Assembly (NCBI GenBank): GCA_051294905.1
Contig: CM119371.1
Span: forward strand, 1,738,001 to 1,802,000
Direction of reading: 5' to 3'
DNA from: Botryllus schlosseri
Lineage: Eukaryota
DNA length: 64,000 nt
A program made the position numbers and the translations under genes. Positions 13,173 through 27,229 of the stretch are shown piece by piece. The notes beneath the pieces were generated by a model. The model did no database searches. It was not told the DNA's origin and was given only the letters and a program-made list of their open reading frames with translations. Positions within the stretch are counted from its first letter, which is position 1. Each line of letters opens with the position of its first letter.

Positions 13173-14050
13173 CAGCTTGTTTGATCGAAATTATATTTTT
13201 AGTGCCACTACAATCATTTCTATGAGTGGAAAATTCACCAAAACTAAGGACGTGCGTTTCTTCTTCAAGGTAGCCTAAAATAGGTGACGATAAGCGCACT
13301 ACTATTATACTTATATGATTACACAATTCTAGTTGTCTAATTAGATTAGTTACAGCGAAATGCCGGTAATATAGTTTGAATCTATTTTGTAAAATGATTC
13401 TCTGCTCTAATTCTAATCTGTAATCTAATTTGTCAAATTTTTATATGCCCTCATTTTAATTCAAACCCTGTAAATGCTACTGAGAGAGAGAACTGTATAG
13501 TGCGAAACGAGCCAAACTTGTTTCACATACATTTTCTATTATCATGCTAATAAGAATAAACCATGATTTGATAGTAATGGGACTGGATTCAATGACCTAG
13601 TTTTTGCAGATTCAGTAATTTTAATTCCAATCTAATTTGGAAAAATGTATAATTATACCTGCAGTTCTAATGTATTTTAACAGCTTGTTTCATAAAAAGT
13701 ATATTTTTAATGCCTCTGGGATCATCTGCATGAGTGGATAATTTATCAAAAATAGATATGTGCGTTTTATCGTCAAGTTTGCCTAAAATAGGTGACGATA
13801 AGCGTACTCTTATCAGACAACGCGAAGCCTACCTCTGGTTTTCCTGTACATGCTACTGAGAGAATTGTATAGTGAGAAACGAGCCAAGCTTGTTGGACAG
13901 ACATGTGCTATTATCATGCTCATAAGAATGAACCATGATTTGATAGTAACGGAACTGGATTCAATGACCTAGTTTTTGTGGATTCAATTACAATTACAAT
14001 CTAATTTGGAAAAACGTATAGCTCTAACTATAGTTTAAATGTATTTTTAG
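13173..14050. repeat. Degenerate tandem duplication (~508-bp unit, second copy internally deleted)
   Basis: cagcttgttt...atgagtgga at 13173 and 13681; aaaataggtgacgataagcg at about 13278 and 13786; ccatgatttgatagtaa...ggattcaatgacctag at 13561 and 13933. Confidence 0.8.
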
Positions 14051-15655
14051 AAAATTACGGCGATAATTATAATTCTGCTATAATTTGGAAATAACTGTGT
14101 AGCGGCAATTTTTATTCTACTATATGTTGGTAAAATTTTAACTGTAATTCCAGTTTGAATACGAATTTGCAAAAGCAGGATATCTTTTAGATGACCGAGT
14201 CTGACTGGAAATGAATCTGAAATCTTGTCGATTTGTGGTAAAACTCTCGAGCACATTTGGGTACGGAAAATTTGTAAGCTGTCACTAAGATTACCTAATA
14301 AAAGGATTCGGCAACCAGTTCCAGTAATAATATTTGAAATTCACATACTCTGGTTCCTTTCAACCCTTCATTTAATCTATTGCTACTTGCCACCCGAGTC
14401 AAAATTAGACTGGATCACTCCAACTTCTGTTCGAGTTGATTCAATGACTTATTGGATAGTTTACAGAAAAATTATGTGACAACATATTACGACCATTAAA
14501 TCTATTTATTTCACCTTCAGCAGCTGAACAATCCAGACCGATTAATTTTCGACCAACGCCGTATAAACAGATAAATTCTTCGAGTATCTCATCAAATCTC
14601 AGTTTTGTAATATAACAAATATTTCTCCCAAGAATATGAGATCTGCTTGGTCCTAACGCAGTAGGTAATCATGAATTGAAGTGACGCATTACTGCCGAAG
14701 ATCAACTTTACTTTTGCACATTAGCGGAGGTGGTCAGTAACCGACTACTACTTTTTCAAAGTACAAAAGTACGTTTGCTCACTTTCACTACTAACCGAAG
14801 TAGTTATTACTTTGGACTACTTTTACTTCTACTTGACAACTGACATTTTTTCAGCAAAACTAGGAGTGACGTGAAAAGTATGTTGCGTTTTGATGTAAAT
14901 GATGCGTGACAACGCTATTATATTCTTGCAGAATAAACAAAGTCTTTTTTCCACAAAGCTACGTATGATGCACCGTTTGTCAACGTTATGACGCCAGTAT
15001 CCAACATCACATCAGTTAATATTGTATATTAATTTAATTAATACACAGTTTGCGTCACAATATTTCTAAGCTGTTGTTTGAAACTGAATGTGCATGAGAA
15101 TGGATCGACAATGTATTGGAAGGATAAATCTCAGCTATAATTTTAGAACGGTAACACTTCGTAACATCTACTCACCTCCGATAAAAATATATGTCGAGTC
15201 GCTCCAAGGCATTCGTTTCTCGGTCCACTAAAATAAGAAATAAGTTATATAGCTTAAAATGCTTGTTAGCAAAAGATGTATGCATCTTATGAATGGTGCT
15301 CTGTTGCTCAGCCTATTGCGTAATATCTGAAATAGTCATCAGGCTCAAAGAGAGTTGAAATCATCAAAAATATAAATGAATTTTGTCCTACGATACACGG
15401 TGGTTTAGTTATGGTAAGTAAGCGTACGGAACTTGCACTTATCTATTATTTTAAATCCGAATCCTATTCCTGATGATACATTCAAATCCAAGTACAAATC
15501 CACATTTTATTTTGTATAGCGTTCATATCCATGTCCAATCCGGTAACGGCTGAAACTTGATCAAAAGTCGCATGAAAATGAAAGTTACGTGAAATTCTAT
15601 GTCAAAGTACGGATAAAAATCCATCTTCAAATGAATCATAAACCATTATCTAAAG

Positions 15656-16000
15656 CAGTGGTTCCCAACGTCAGCGACATCGCCCCCCAACGGACGATTT
15701 GGCGGTGTAGGGAGGCGAAAATGACGAAGGGTGCGATAGGGGGGCGGAAATGGACGATAGGGGGCGATGGCGCGTTAAAACGGATATATTGGAGTCAAGT
15801 CGCAGAAAAGACTTTTTTTTAGTCAACCCACGAAATTTTATCTGCAAATGTGTAAAACTTCGATATCGCGCCGAAAAATTGACCTTTTTTAATTCAATCC
15901 GCCGATGATTACTGTTTGTATGCCCATTTTTCGGTTCACAAAATTTGGGGGGCGATGATCGGTGTGGTGCTTCGAAAGAGGGCGTTGAGTCGAAAAAGGT
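15656..16000. mobile_element. Buster/Charlie-type hAT MITE, one end degenerate
   Basis: CAGTGGTTCCCAAC start, ggggcgat repeats, aaaaaggt near the right end. Confidence 0.5.
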
Positions 16001-16569
16001 AAATGTTTTTCACACTCTCCACTTTTATTTCAGACAACATCATATTTAGAGCGCAGTGTCGTTTTAATGTCTTATAGTTATGTTAGTGGGCAGTCAAATG
16101 AGAAATCACACACAATATGATACCTCGACAGTACAATGCATATTACGTATATCTAATCCAATTAGATGTGAGAATGAGTGGAATTAACTCTAATCCATTT
16201 GTAAAACATTTCCTGCAATATGCAGCTAATTATTTACGAATTGTCAATCGATTCAAAGCACTAAATTTATACTCGATTTATATTCGCACCGGTTCCACGT
16301 TCTGTGAGATACTTTCACAAAACGAATATGAACTCGCATATTTGTTTTCGTATCAAAGGTAAATCGAACAAAGTAATCACGAATGGTAATTTAATAATTA
16401 TAGTACTTGATTAGGTTGGACAAAATGATTTCGGATTTAATGCAATGTTTTTGATTATAATTCAGTTCTACCTAAAAAAATGCACAATGCACATGAATGA
16501 TGAAATGATTCGTATCAACGCTAATATAAAAAGTGGAATGCTGTATGACATAAAACCACGAATCCTGCA

Positions 16570-17071
16570 GAGAGGTGGTCAGTAACGGAGTAGCTCTACT
16601 TTATCAGACTACTCGAGTAGTGCTGTCTACTTGCATCGCTTAATCAAGGGGTTGTCATTTTAGACTACTTCTTGTCACAGTTGTTAGTCAAAACTACTTA
16701 CTTCATACAATATTGATTTTGAAAAGTATCAAGTTGTTCCTAGCTGCGTATTCGTCATCGTTTTCAGTGAAATTCTTATGGGAGGCGCCTTAAATAGCCC
16801 ATGTATCACGGTGACTGCATTAACGTATTTTCAAAATTTTCCACACACTTACAATGTCTTTATACTGTTAAACGTATGCGGCCCTTCGACCAAATCTACT
16901 TTCTGAAACTACTTATTTCACTACATTTCAGACTAATACATTTTCTACTTCCACCTCGAGTCAATTCTTGATTTCTTGGAAATTGCTACTTCTGCATGTA
17001 TATCAGCAGCAGCTTACGGCGCTATTTATCGTTCTACATGAGTTTTAACTCGGACTACTTTGACCACCTCT
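16570..17071. mobile_element. MITE of the AGAGGTGGTCA family with (C)TACTT arrays
   Basis: gagaggtggtca...tgaccacctcta termini. Other copies or fragments at about 14725-14830, 23100-23351 and 23960-24083. Confidence 0.6.
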
Positions 17072-17756
17072 AATCATTCCTGAATTCGTGTTAGCAACTC
17101 TCAGAACCGATCGAAGTTCGCTTGGTCACCAGATGTCGTAAATAAGCTTCATGAAGTATTAAATTTGTTCCAAAGTTATATAAGTATGTGAAAGTGGTTT
17201 ACAAGTTTCTTTGACTTATCGTCACCTTATCAAGCTCGATATATATTTATCACGCCCCATAATGGTAGAAGTACTATCAGCAGCAAAGTAGTTGTGCTTT
17301 TCTATAGTACTTATTATTATATACTTGTTCTGCTTACTCAAGTAGTTTTGTTCGTATACTACCTCTACGTCAATAATTTTTATATGGTGAATACTAATTT
17401 ATGCATATTTGACATTGTCCAGTGAAGTAGATTTTGACGCACTTCAACGATGCCTTGCTTCGAAATTGATATGCAAGCTCACAATCGGCAACGTGTGAGA
17501 GATCATGCCTGAATTCCCTACAACAATTAATCGTATTAAGTATAAGATATCGAATGAAACTAAAATTCATGAATACCGTGCGTTATCACAAAACCCTGCT
17601 AACGACACTATGTCATGCATGAAACTAAAGCCGAATAATTTCTAGCGTTAGTAACGAATTGGACCTGAATTGACCATTTTATTCAAAGTGATCGTGCATA
17701 TTTAATATACCTAATAAAACGAATCTAAGATACGATGCAACCAAACAATGACTCAC

Positions 17757-17946
17757 AGTATAAAACTTCCAACTCAGTATAGAGATCATTTGCAATCTTC
17801 TGGAATTTCTTCAATTCGTCTCCTTTCAACATATATTGTCCCCGCTCGTATATCAATGTTACTTTCTTCAAGTTGTTGACGAGAGACAAAATGTCATCGA
17901 GTGAAGCACCAGATCCAAAGTTGAATATGCATCGGATATATTCGAA
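17757..17946 (-). CDS. NLR gene late LRR-region exon (FEYIRCIFNFGSGASLDDILSLVNNLKKVTLIY...)
   Basis: tctcactacag acceptor, gtgagt donor, 190 nt, phase 0 to 1. Lies within ORF 17725..18021. The terminal exon beyond it is unresolved. Confidence 0.7.
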
Positions 17947-19039
17947 CTGTAGTGAGAAATTATGACTATTAATATTGTGACCTATGACAATGATGCCTAC
18001 CACTATTGTTAACCATTTCACCAGGGCCCATCATGTATTACAATATACTTTGGATCATTAATTTGGACGGTTTAGTCTGACCCGCTAGGCGATTCTGAAA
18101 AATGGCCGTATTATCCAACACATTTGTAATACATGTTGAAATTTCTAGTAGGAAACATTTCCATTCTCTCAAGACAGAAAATGTTGAGCATTTTCTGTTC
18201 AGGTCAAATTATAACCATCCGACCGTGTTGTTGAGGTTACACTGTAGTCACCGTCAGCAACAAGTCACTGCCATTGACACTAGTGTTACCATAAGTCCTT
18301 TTTTCTCACTTTTTTTAAAGTGTTCTAGATGTACGAGGGGTGTTTAAAAAAAAACTTTTGTTAAAAAATTTCACCAGCTTACCGGTAGTTGTCAAATCGC
18401 CAGGTTACCTAAAAAAACGTTGCACACCGAATCTGACTCAATTCCAACCAGCAGAAGCCATAGGTCACTCAAATTGAAGTTTCGGTCATTTTTGAAATGA
18501 TAGTATTCACAGTGACCAATTGACTAAAAATCGTGTTCCAGGCAGGGATGTCTTTTTCACTTGTTTTGATCTTGATACGGACCCACGGTGGGGTTTGGAT
18601 GAAGACATCGCCAGTAAACGAAAAAATTATATGACACGGACTACTACCTGGAAATTGGTTCACTTCATTGAAATAGACATGTCAAAACGATGGTGATATA
18701 ATTTTCAAACAGAGTAGGCCTACTTTACGCACTGAAATGAACGACTACGAAAAGAAAATGAACTGACAAGCAGGTAAAATCCAGGAAAATATATTTCTCA
18801 AGTGATCTGTATTCTTGGCCGGTCCAATGTAAATTTCTTCACGATACAATTTGATATTTTATTATTTGCTCTGCACCACTCTTACGGTACTACCACTTAT
18901 GGGCATCGTGACAGATCTTCTTCCTATCGAAAGTTATCGTCCTCTATTCATGTCATCTTCCTCCTCCATATTCGGTTAATATAATCTAATTGTAGCCATA
19001 TATCGTGGTAAAACACCAATGCATTTTATACCTCTATGA

Positions 19040-20586
19040 CAGAGGCCTCAAACTCGAATGTGCTCGCGGGCCAATTTCTACTTTTTGATGGCGCCACGGG
19101 CCGCAGCACCAATAATAAGGGAATTCAATGTGTTTCAAAGTAGAGGTAGTTTCAAATAGAATCAGCGTTTGATTTTACCTTCGAATGTTGGAACAGATCA
19201 ATAACAACTTGAACATAACGGATATATGCCATAACAATATAAATGTGCAATCGCCGAAGAATCCATTGGTGTTACAGCTGTGGAGCGTAGGCTTGCGACT
19301 AGTGGATACTCGCCACATTAAATTGGCGATTATAACATCAATCAAGATACCCAAGTGCCAAGATCACACAGGATGTAACCAACTATACATGAAAAGGGCA
19401 ACATAATGCCAATGGCGGTTTCCATACCTACCGGCTTAGCTATCTAAATAAGCTACGCAAAGCAAGCTACCACCTTTTGATATTTTACTATTTCTCCTAC
19501 CAGTTTAATAGTTTGTTCATAGTGTCCTATATGGTGTGGAAACAAACAAATCTCACGGCTCAGTGAAATTGGTCTACGTCACCCATTCCATTTGGTCAAA
19601 ACATGGCCTACTAAAAACCATGGTCATGGTCAAAAGAATTTTGACGGTATTTTTGACTGGCTTGCCCATCATTAAATTTGATAGCACGGGTATCAATGGA
19701 AAGCCACCAAGGTACTGATTGCGAAAATATAAAGTTTATTCTTTTCGGGGCCCTGGGACTCGCCAAAATAAGCCTCGAATTTTGCATTGTAAGTGAGTTT
19801 GGTATTGCAACGCAACCATGCCGTCTGAGCAGCTCAGGAGAAAATGCGCACGAGAGTGAGAGTATGAATGCTGAATGCTCAATCGCTTGCGCAACGATGA
19901 CCAATACGCTTGCAGCTTGCGGTTCTCCTCACCTGCTCCCAGAGGTCATTGCTGCGTCACAATACCAAACTCACTTAGAATGCAACATTCGAGGCTTATT
20001 TTGGGTAGTTCCAGGACCACGAGCAGAATAAATTTATATTTTCGCAATCGGTACCGTGGTAGCTTTCGATTCATACCCGTTTTATCAAATTTCATGCTCG
20101 GCAAGCCGGTCAAAAATTACCGTCAAATTCCCTTTGACCAAATGGAAAGTGTGACGTAGACCAATTTCACTGAGCCGTGAGATTTGCTTGTGTCAACAAA
20201 CACCATATATGACACCATGGTTTGTTGCGTGGGTGGTTGTACCAAGTCACGGCTTTCCGAGTCACAAATGCCCTTCTCTGATTGTAAAGTTTGACGCGAC
20301 GATAATACGAGTATGAGAAATTCTACAGAAGGTCGCGCCCAAGTCCAAATCACAATTTTCAGTCACGAATCATCAATGGGCCATGTTTTACCATGAAACT
20401 TTTGAAAGTAATGTAATAGCGAAGTTTGATGAGTAGTTTCAGGCTTCTGGAAAAGTTTTAGAGCTAATTATAAGTTCTCAAATTGAAACAAAAATGGTAG
20501 GTAAATATTGTCGAATACTTCGAAATCCAACATATCGTCGCGGGCCGCACAAAATGGTCTCACGGGCCGCGTGTTTGAGACCTCTG
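19040..20586. mobile_element. Buster/Charlie-type hAT MITE
   Basis: TIR CAGAGG(C/T)CTCAAAC, gcgggcc motifs, perfect 8-bp TSD CTCTATGA. Confidence 0.88.
19518..20219. mobile_element. Palindromic P-element-like MITE
   Basis: About 700-bp fold-back, TIR CAT(A/G)GTGTC, 7-bp TSD GTTTGTT. CATRG termini with a 7-8 bp TSD are typical of the P superfamily. Confidence 0.7.
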
Positions 20587-22497
20587 CTCTATGACATGGG
20601 GGTCCTGGTGTTATTGAAAGACCAGAAAATGACTAATGTGCTTTATAAGCTCACTGGGTTACCATACCTTTTGGTATCCCGAATCTCGCATATGTGAAGT
20701 ATCAGAAATGTTTTTCAAGTCATAAATACTATTCAGCGGCATATCCCATTCTGAATTGCAAGCAGTACCAATTTCAACGCCCTGAATCAGTCAATGTCAA
20801 ACAGCAGAGAAATATTCAAACACAGAGCTTCTGAGGAATGCAACTGATGTCTCTGTGGATGAGGTTTTGGGAATAGCGTCTTTGCAATCAGTAATAACTT
20901 TGAATCAAGGCAGAAAGTATGCCCTGCATAACTGGGATCGATTTCGTCAAATCTAAATTTGTCCGACAGAAAATAGTTCTAGATATGACTAGCACTTGAG
21001 AAATATATTTACCTGTATTTTACCTGCTTGTCATTTCATTTTCTTTTCGTGGTCGTTACTTTTAGTGTGTTGAGTACTCTATTCTAAAATTATCTCACCA
21101 TCGTTTTAACATGTCTATTTCAATGAAGTGGAGCAATTTCCAGGTAATCCGGGTCATATAATTTTTTTCGTTCACTGGCGATGTCTTCATTCAAACCCCA
21201 CCCTAGGACCTTGTCAAGATAAAAACAAGTGGTAAAGACACCCTGCCACTTCGGGCATACCTGAAACACGATTTTTGGTCATGTCGGTGGTCGGTGGTCA
21301 TGACGAAATTGGTCACTGTGAATATTATTATATCAAAAATGACTGAAATTTCAATTTGAGTGACCTCGGCTTCTACTGGTTGGAATTGAATCGAATTCGG
21401 TGTGCAACGTTTTTTAGGTAAACTGTTGATTTGACAACTAGGCCGATAAAATTTGAAAAAAGAAGTTTTTTTTCAACACCCCTAAGGAGCACGTTCAAAT
21501 GACCTCTTTTTTAAAACTTCAGGTAAAATATACGATAAAATTCAACTGAGAAATTTGAAATAAGTACTAAAGTAACGCTCCGGCAGGTCTTTCGGGAGTT
21601 GAGCCAGAATGGTGACCTTTTTTTTACTCAACCAACTACAAAAATGGAATAAATTTGCCAATTTTTTCAAATTTCACTCCTGCATTGCAAGTCTGATTTT
21701 TTTTTAAAAGGTGTTCTCTTTTCAGATTCCCAAAATATGGTAACCCTAATCGACACTCGAGTTCACAGTTTTATTGGAAAACGGACCACAAAGTAGTTAT
21801 CTGCAGAAGTGGATAATAAAATTACGACAACAAAATATAATTCAAATATCTGTGGTCGCACTCCTTTTGCGCTTATGACTGAACATCTCCATGGCTCCTG
21901 GAGAAACTCGAATCACGATGTGAAAATGATGAACCAAATTTCAACGTCCACGTTTACGGTTAAATCGCTTGTATTCCTCACAACTCAGAGACATGACTAT
22001 ATTGTCAGATTCCGACTAAAACGAAGCAAGCATAGCAATTCGCCAACGTATATCGTCGGTCCGGCCATTCATCATAATTTCGCCAATTCGGTTGTTAGCG
22101 AATAATAATAGTATTGAGGGAATAGAACCAGATGGCCGTGATATAACGTGATTATTATAATGCGTATAAGCTTTATAATAAAGTATTCAAGTAAAAAACA
22201 AGGGCATGGATTTTAAGGAAATATTTTGGATTCATTTAACTGGTCCGGCCCGCGAGTGCTCTGAAAGTTTGACTCTGACCCGCGACGCCAGTTGAGTTTG
22301 ACACCCCTGCATTAGATGAACAAATTACCAGGAATCACGAACACCGCAACTGCGGCGGATATCTCGGGCATGGAATATAACTTAATTCATGTAGATGGGA
22401 CTCGTACTGTGCGGCAGAATACAATGATAAACGTGTGATGGTGGGAGAAGAACGTCCAATATATCCAATGCAACTAATACTGGATGATAAGTACTAC

Positions 22498-22665
22498 CTT
22501 CTTTTGCTGACAATCTTCTAACGTCTTCCTGAATTCATCTGCTTTCTCAACGTAAAACATTGCATGGATATGAAAGGGAACCGAAATTGCTCTACCGCGC
22601 TCCAAAATTAGTTTGTAATCGTCGACGGATATCTGGCCATTCACGGCAATATCCAGAAGATCCAT
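22498..22665 (-). CDS. NLR gene LRR-region exon (MDLLDIAVNGQISVDDYKLIL...)
   Basis: gcatttcag acceptor, AAG|gtagta donor, 168 nt (2 x 84), phase 0-0. Matches ORF 22474..22665. Confidence 0.7.
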
Positions 22666-22799
22666 CTGAAATGCGGAAATCTTTTTTTTTAGACTTGAAG
22701 ATAGCCACGGAAGAGATGATTGGGTTCGAAGTCATATAAAATGATAGGTAAATATAAATGCGTTTGGAAATACTTTATGAATCGAATGAGGAATCATAC

Positions 22800-22877
22800 T
22801 TGATACTTTTTCCAGCAAGTCTCAATCATCGACCAGTCGATGTTTTCTTCTGTACAATCGAGCACGATCTTGCTTAT
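22800..22877 (-). CDS. NLR gene LRR-region exon (ISKIVLDCTEENIDWSMIETCWKKYQ)
   Basis: gtgttcag acceptor, gtatga donor, 78 nt (about one LRR unit), phase 0-0. Confidence 0.7.
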
Positions 22878-23675
22878 CTGAACACAATATTGGTTTCATT
22901 AAGTAAGATTACTTGATTGTTACGATGTATTCGCATTTGAATAATTATTTATATAGTTTCAGTACAATAGTGTTTAGTATGAATTCTTCGATTCTCCATA
23001 ATGCATATACTACATCGGTTTTAGTCTCACCCAAGAACATGCTTCTTTAAAAAATCTACTTATGAATATGATATGCATTGTACAAACGGATGATATAGAA
23101 GATGATGGTCAGAGTAGTCATCGTCGGTGGTCAAGTAGAAGTAACGTCTTCAATTTCTACTCAAGTAGAGGTATAAGAAGCAATATGCAAGTGAGTACTC
23201 AAGGCCTAGTTTTGACTGAAAAATGAAAAACGCAAATAGAATTGAAAGTACGGTACTCTAAAATCATAACCACTTGAGTAAGTAGTTAAGTAGGAATAAT
23301 CTACTTGAATTACTACGACAAGTAGAAGTACTTTGTTACTGATCACCTCTGGATATAGGTTGTAAGGAACTCTGGCTAGGTAACGTAGTCACTCATTTTT
23401 ACCCAATCTTACCTATATACTTGGTACGGAGAAGCATACCTTATTTGAATAATTGCTAACTGCCAGCTTTCCAAAACCATTATTTGTAGCATGCATTGTT
23501 GATTTTCACCTCTGACAACGCCAATGCTGGAGCATACAATTTCACTTATAAAATAGATGAAAACTTATCCATGAAGTACTTTATACTTTCCAGAATCAAA
23601 ATTTATGAAAACTTAACACGAACTACTTTCTCGGTATCAGAATACAAAATACAACAAGCAATTAGTCTTGTAAAA

Positions 23676-23955
23676 TAGGGTTTTCATATTCTGGAATCGG
23701 GTAAAAATGGTCGACTTCGGAGTCGGTTGACTATAAAAAAGGCGAACTTTCGCTCATCTCACGAAATACCCGCCTGACAGTTAGTTCAGTGTTATTTTAT
23801 GGTATCTCGGTCGAATTTTGCCCTGTGTTTCAGCAAAATTCTAAAAAAAGGACAAAATCCCAAAAAGGAGGACATTTAGGCGTCCTCGGAGGACGTTTCC
23901 AATACCCCGAAAAAGGAGGATAAGTCCTCATAAGAGAGGACGTATGGTAACCCTA
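23676..23955. mobile_element. hAT-type MITE (TAGGGTT..CATA family)
   Basis: tagggttttcata / tatggtaacccta termini, gaggac repeats, tgtaaaa on both flanks. Confidence 0.75.
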
Positions 23956-24732
23956 TGTAAAAGAACTGCTCAAGTAGAATTGGAAGTAGTCAAAAACATT
24001 GCCGCTTCAGTAAGTAGCGAAGTAGGCAAAATTTATTTGAGTATTCTGGAGAAGTACAAGTACTGGTTTGCTAACCACATCTATTAACGAGTCACTTACA
24101 TATTTCCAGAGTACAGGGTTATTATGACAATTTCACTCATAATTTTAATGAAAACTTACGAACTACTTGATACTTTTCAGAATGCAAATTGTAACCAGTA
24201 AGTAGACTTGCCGAAAAATTGCTCAAGTCGAAACGGAAAGACGACCACTTGCGTAAGTACTTCAAGTATGAAAACTGTATTAACCCATCCATCAAAAGAC
24301 TACTTTTCAGTACAGTACAAAACAGGTTATGCCTACTTACATTACTAGCCCAATTGGTTTCGATTTTAAGCTACTTCCATTTCTACTCGGACAGCGCTTT
24401 CACAAATGCACATACTTTTCACGCACAAGTTAAGTAGAAATTGACAGCACAAGTTATAAAACTTGCATCTTACTGCACTGCGCATTCTCTCCTTACTAAA
24501 AATATCCAATTCGATATCTTATAAGATTTTCGCATTATCTGCTCTTATTAAAATAAGACCATATCCACTGTACTGAAATTGTAACAGCGAGCCATGAAAT
24601 GATGCCTTGAACCCCAAAACGAATTGGCCACCTGCAAACTACCCAACCATAATTATTATTAATTCAAGCGCGCTCAAGAAATCATTCGGTTACTTATTTT
24701 TGTTAGATATTCAGGTGTTGATTACTGGATTA

Positions 24733-25373
24733 CCGTAATTTTCCAAGTATAGTACGACCCCATGTATAATACGCACCCTTAAAATAGCACGCAATTTCTG
24801 TGAAAAAGCCTGTACCCGCAGTACATGAATAGCTGTGTTTTAGTATACGACGTTGTCTGTTTTGCGATGTCACTGTTTAACAATAATGACATATCGATTA
24901 CTAATAATTATGCGATTAACGGCATTGTCTCTAAACGATAGTAAAGAGCAGCCAAAGCCTGCGAGGCCGGCGATGCGACATCTTGCGCACGAGGTCAGAT
25001 GCGATTGTTATGTCGTGCACACCACGCCTGTGGGAGATGCGACTGATTATGCAGGCGATTATATTTTGCGCACGTGGCTTGTCGTTGAAGCGATGAATTA
25101 GCAAGGATTGCCGCGCGCGCTTGTAGCAATCAATGGATGACCTAATTTCGCTCGCGTGCAAACGGCAAACCCACGCAGCGCAGCAGGAGATCGCATGCTG
25201 TGCAGACGACTGTAGTTAATTGGCAAACAAACAAACATGAAGAAAGGCCTGATTCCAAGTTTTTTATCGAAGGAGATTTTTTTCAACGTGTTGTTCCCAT
25301 GTATAATACGCACCCCCCTATTTTAGGGCAAAAAATCGTGAAAATTTTGCGGATTATACATGGAAAATTACGG
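24733..25373. mobile_element. pogo/Tigger-like MITE
   Basis: TA TSD, TIR CCGTAATTTTCCA, internal atgtataatacgcaccc direct repeats. Related fragment at about 52140-52290. Confidence 0.85.
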
Positions 25374-25520
25374 TACCTACTATAAGATGAAGTACATTTG
25401 AAAGTAGAAGCAAATCGAATAGTCGAATCGGTCAACCGTGATTCAGAGTTCAAATCCACACCAAACATGAAACTAAATAAATAGCATAAGAAAAATATAT
25501 CTGTAGCAGACCTTCATTAC

Positions 25521-25661
25521 TTTATACTCTGATAACTCCAGTAAACCAGCCTGCTTGACATACAGTTCTTCAATCAATTTGACAAATTCTGCATTGAAGA
25601 GATTGATCAAAAATTCCACCGCCGCGAGGGAAAGAACCATTTTGAATGATAGAGTGGATTT
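25521..25661 (-). CDS. NLR gene degenerate LRR-region exon (KSTLSFKMVLSLAAVEFLINLFNAEFVKLIEELYV...)
   Basis: ttttcgcag acceptor (alternative in-frame acceptor at 25712), gtaatg donor, 141 nt, phase 0-0. Lies within ORF 25473..25706. Confidence 0.6.
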
Positions 25662-27112
25662 CTGCGAAAATAAAGTGTTGCAAGTTAGGTCACAATCCAC
25701 CATCAAGAAGCCCTAAGATATATGTGTGACTGAAGAATTTTATTAACAAAATTCAAAAGAAATATCAATGACTTGCAAACAGATAAATCAAAGTCAAGAG
25801 AGAAATTACTCCAACACCTCACACCGTAAGTGCTAGAATACGATGCCTTCGAAAATTGTCAATTTGGCGCGCCGTACAAAGCACTCAAACACAAACTCAA
25901 TTACAAAGCACAGTAGCATGTAGCACAGACTAGGAAATTAAATCAATGAAAAAACAATCAAGGAATCAAGCCAGTCAGATTGCTTTCGGCTTGCGTATCG
26001 TACGATCACTCAAGGTTCGCTTTACAATAGTGAGTACGACTGCCTACTGCGGGCTAGGCGAAATCGTCGCGTTATGAGAACATATCTTCTCAAACGAGTC
26101 GCCTGAAATTACGCACATGAACCACGTAACCGCCACATGCAATATATTGATCGAAACTTTTTGAGAAATATATTAGGCCGTCCATATCTATTTTGCGCCA
26201 AGCATGACGAAATTTTGGACTCTGCACCTGAATTTCTCCGTCTTGGTTTCTCTCTTCCTCCCTCATTTTTGGAGTACATAATACTTCTACTTGATAATTT
26301 GTAATTATCGAAAAGTAAGTGAGTAAGATTCAAAATATGACAGAACAAGCAGAAGCAGAGTGTTGGAATATTGGATTTACTTGTTCAAGTGCTACAAGTA
26401 GGGGAGTACTAGAGTACGTCGGAAAAGTAGAGGTACTTGGCCATTGACAAGTTCCGGGTTTTAATTAACAGAATATTTAAATTCGCTTCAACTCCTAATC
26501 CCTGTGTCATTGTATTGGTTATTTGAATTGACCAAAGTTGAATAACGTTAGATTCAAGGTTATTTGATTTGAGTAAACTAAGCTATACGATTACAAATCG
26601 CATCCCTTACAATGGTGTTTTACATAAATCGAAGAAGAGCTGTGTCCAGAATAGACCTTGAATATTCCACTTCCACCACAGAATATTTCAGTGCAAGATT
26701 TCGAAATATTTCAAGAAGATGGCTTGCCTGTTCAAAATAACGATGGGTAAAAACCTCATCCTTTGATTTGTAATCGATGTGATCTAAATTCCCGAATGGA
26801 ATTGAAAATTAAAGTACAGTGACGACAAAATATCTTTAAATTCAGCAGGCAAGAAAATTACTATTGAATTTAGCACAAGCTGTAAGCTGTAAGCTGTTAG
26901 CTTACTATTCCCTACAAAATTATCGCGTCTTCAAAACGCTCATAATTACGTTATAAGCTACAGCTTGGCTATACTACACTGCGAGGTCATCGCTTCACGT
27001 GCCTAGCGTTGTTTCCATTTTTGCGCATAGTAGAATCAGTGAAATGAGCGAAAGTTCAATCCAATCAGTAGTATGGACTCGTTATCAAAGTTGAATCATC
27101 TTGATATCAAAC

Positions 27113-27229
27113 CTTGACGTTATAAAGACCGTCAACCAGTAACTCGCCAAGAAACGATTTGCCACTTATCTTGATGAAATCTTCGTTCTTCAATTCAAAC
27201 GATTCTTTTTTTACAGTCAGCTTGACAAC
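27113..27229 (-). CDS. NLR gene degenerate LRR-region exon (VVKLTVKKESFELKNEDF...)
   Basis: atattcag acceptor, AAG|gtttga donor, 117 nt open, phase 0-0. Confidence 0.6.

Larger units (their letters stand above)
18334..21485. mobile_element. Mariner/Tc1-like long-TIR element hosting nested MITEs
   Basis: TA|CGAGGGGTGTT left end, aacacccct right end. Inverted arms of about 470 bp (18334-18800 vs 21000-21485). Confidence 0.7.

Noticed and set aside
14047..14652. Further NLR exons at 14515-14652 and from 14294
   Set aside because: Joining to 17757 creates TGA, and the peptides lack LRR character. Short terminal exons near 17710 or 17225 are equally plausible, so none is called.
19536..20353. 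Cluster of overlapping ORFs on both strands
   Set aside because: By-product of a palindromic MITE. The same applies to the ORFs at 36817-37257 and the TIR-derived ORFs at 4621-4920 and 5994-6267.
26624..26783. Extra NLR exon (DHIDYKSKDEVF...ASHLLEIFRNLALKYS) reached through a GC donor, GCGAGT at 27147-27142
   Set aside because: Its plausible donors are phase 2 and I found no compatible downstream acceptor. The chain 27113 to 25661 is already in frame with canonical sites. Needs RNA-seq.
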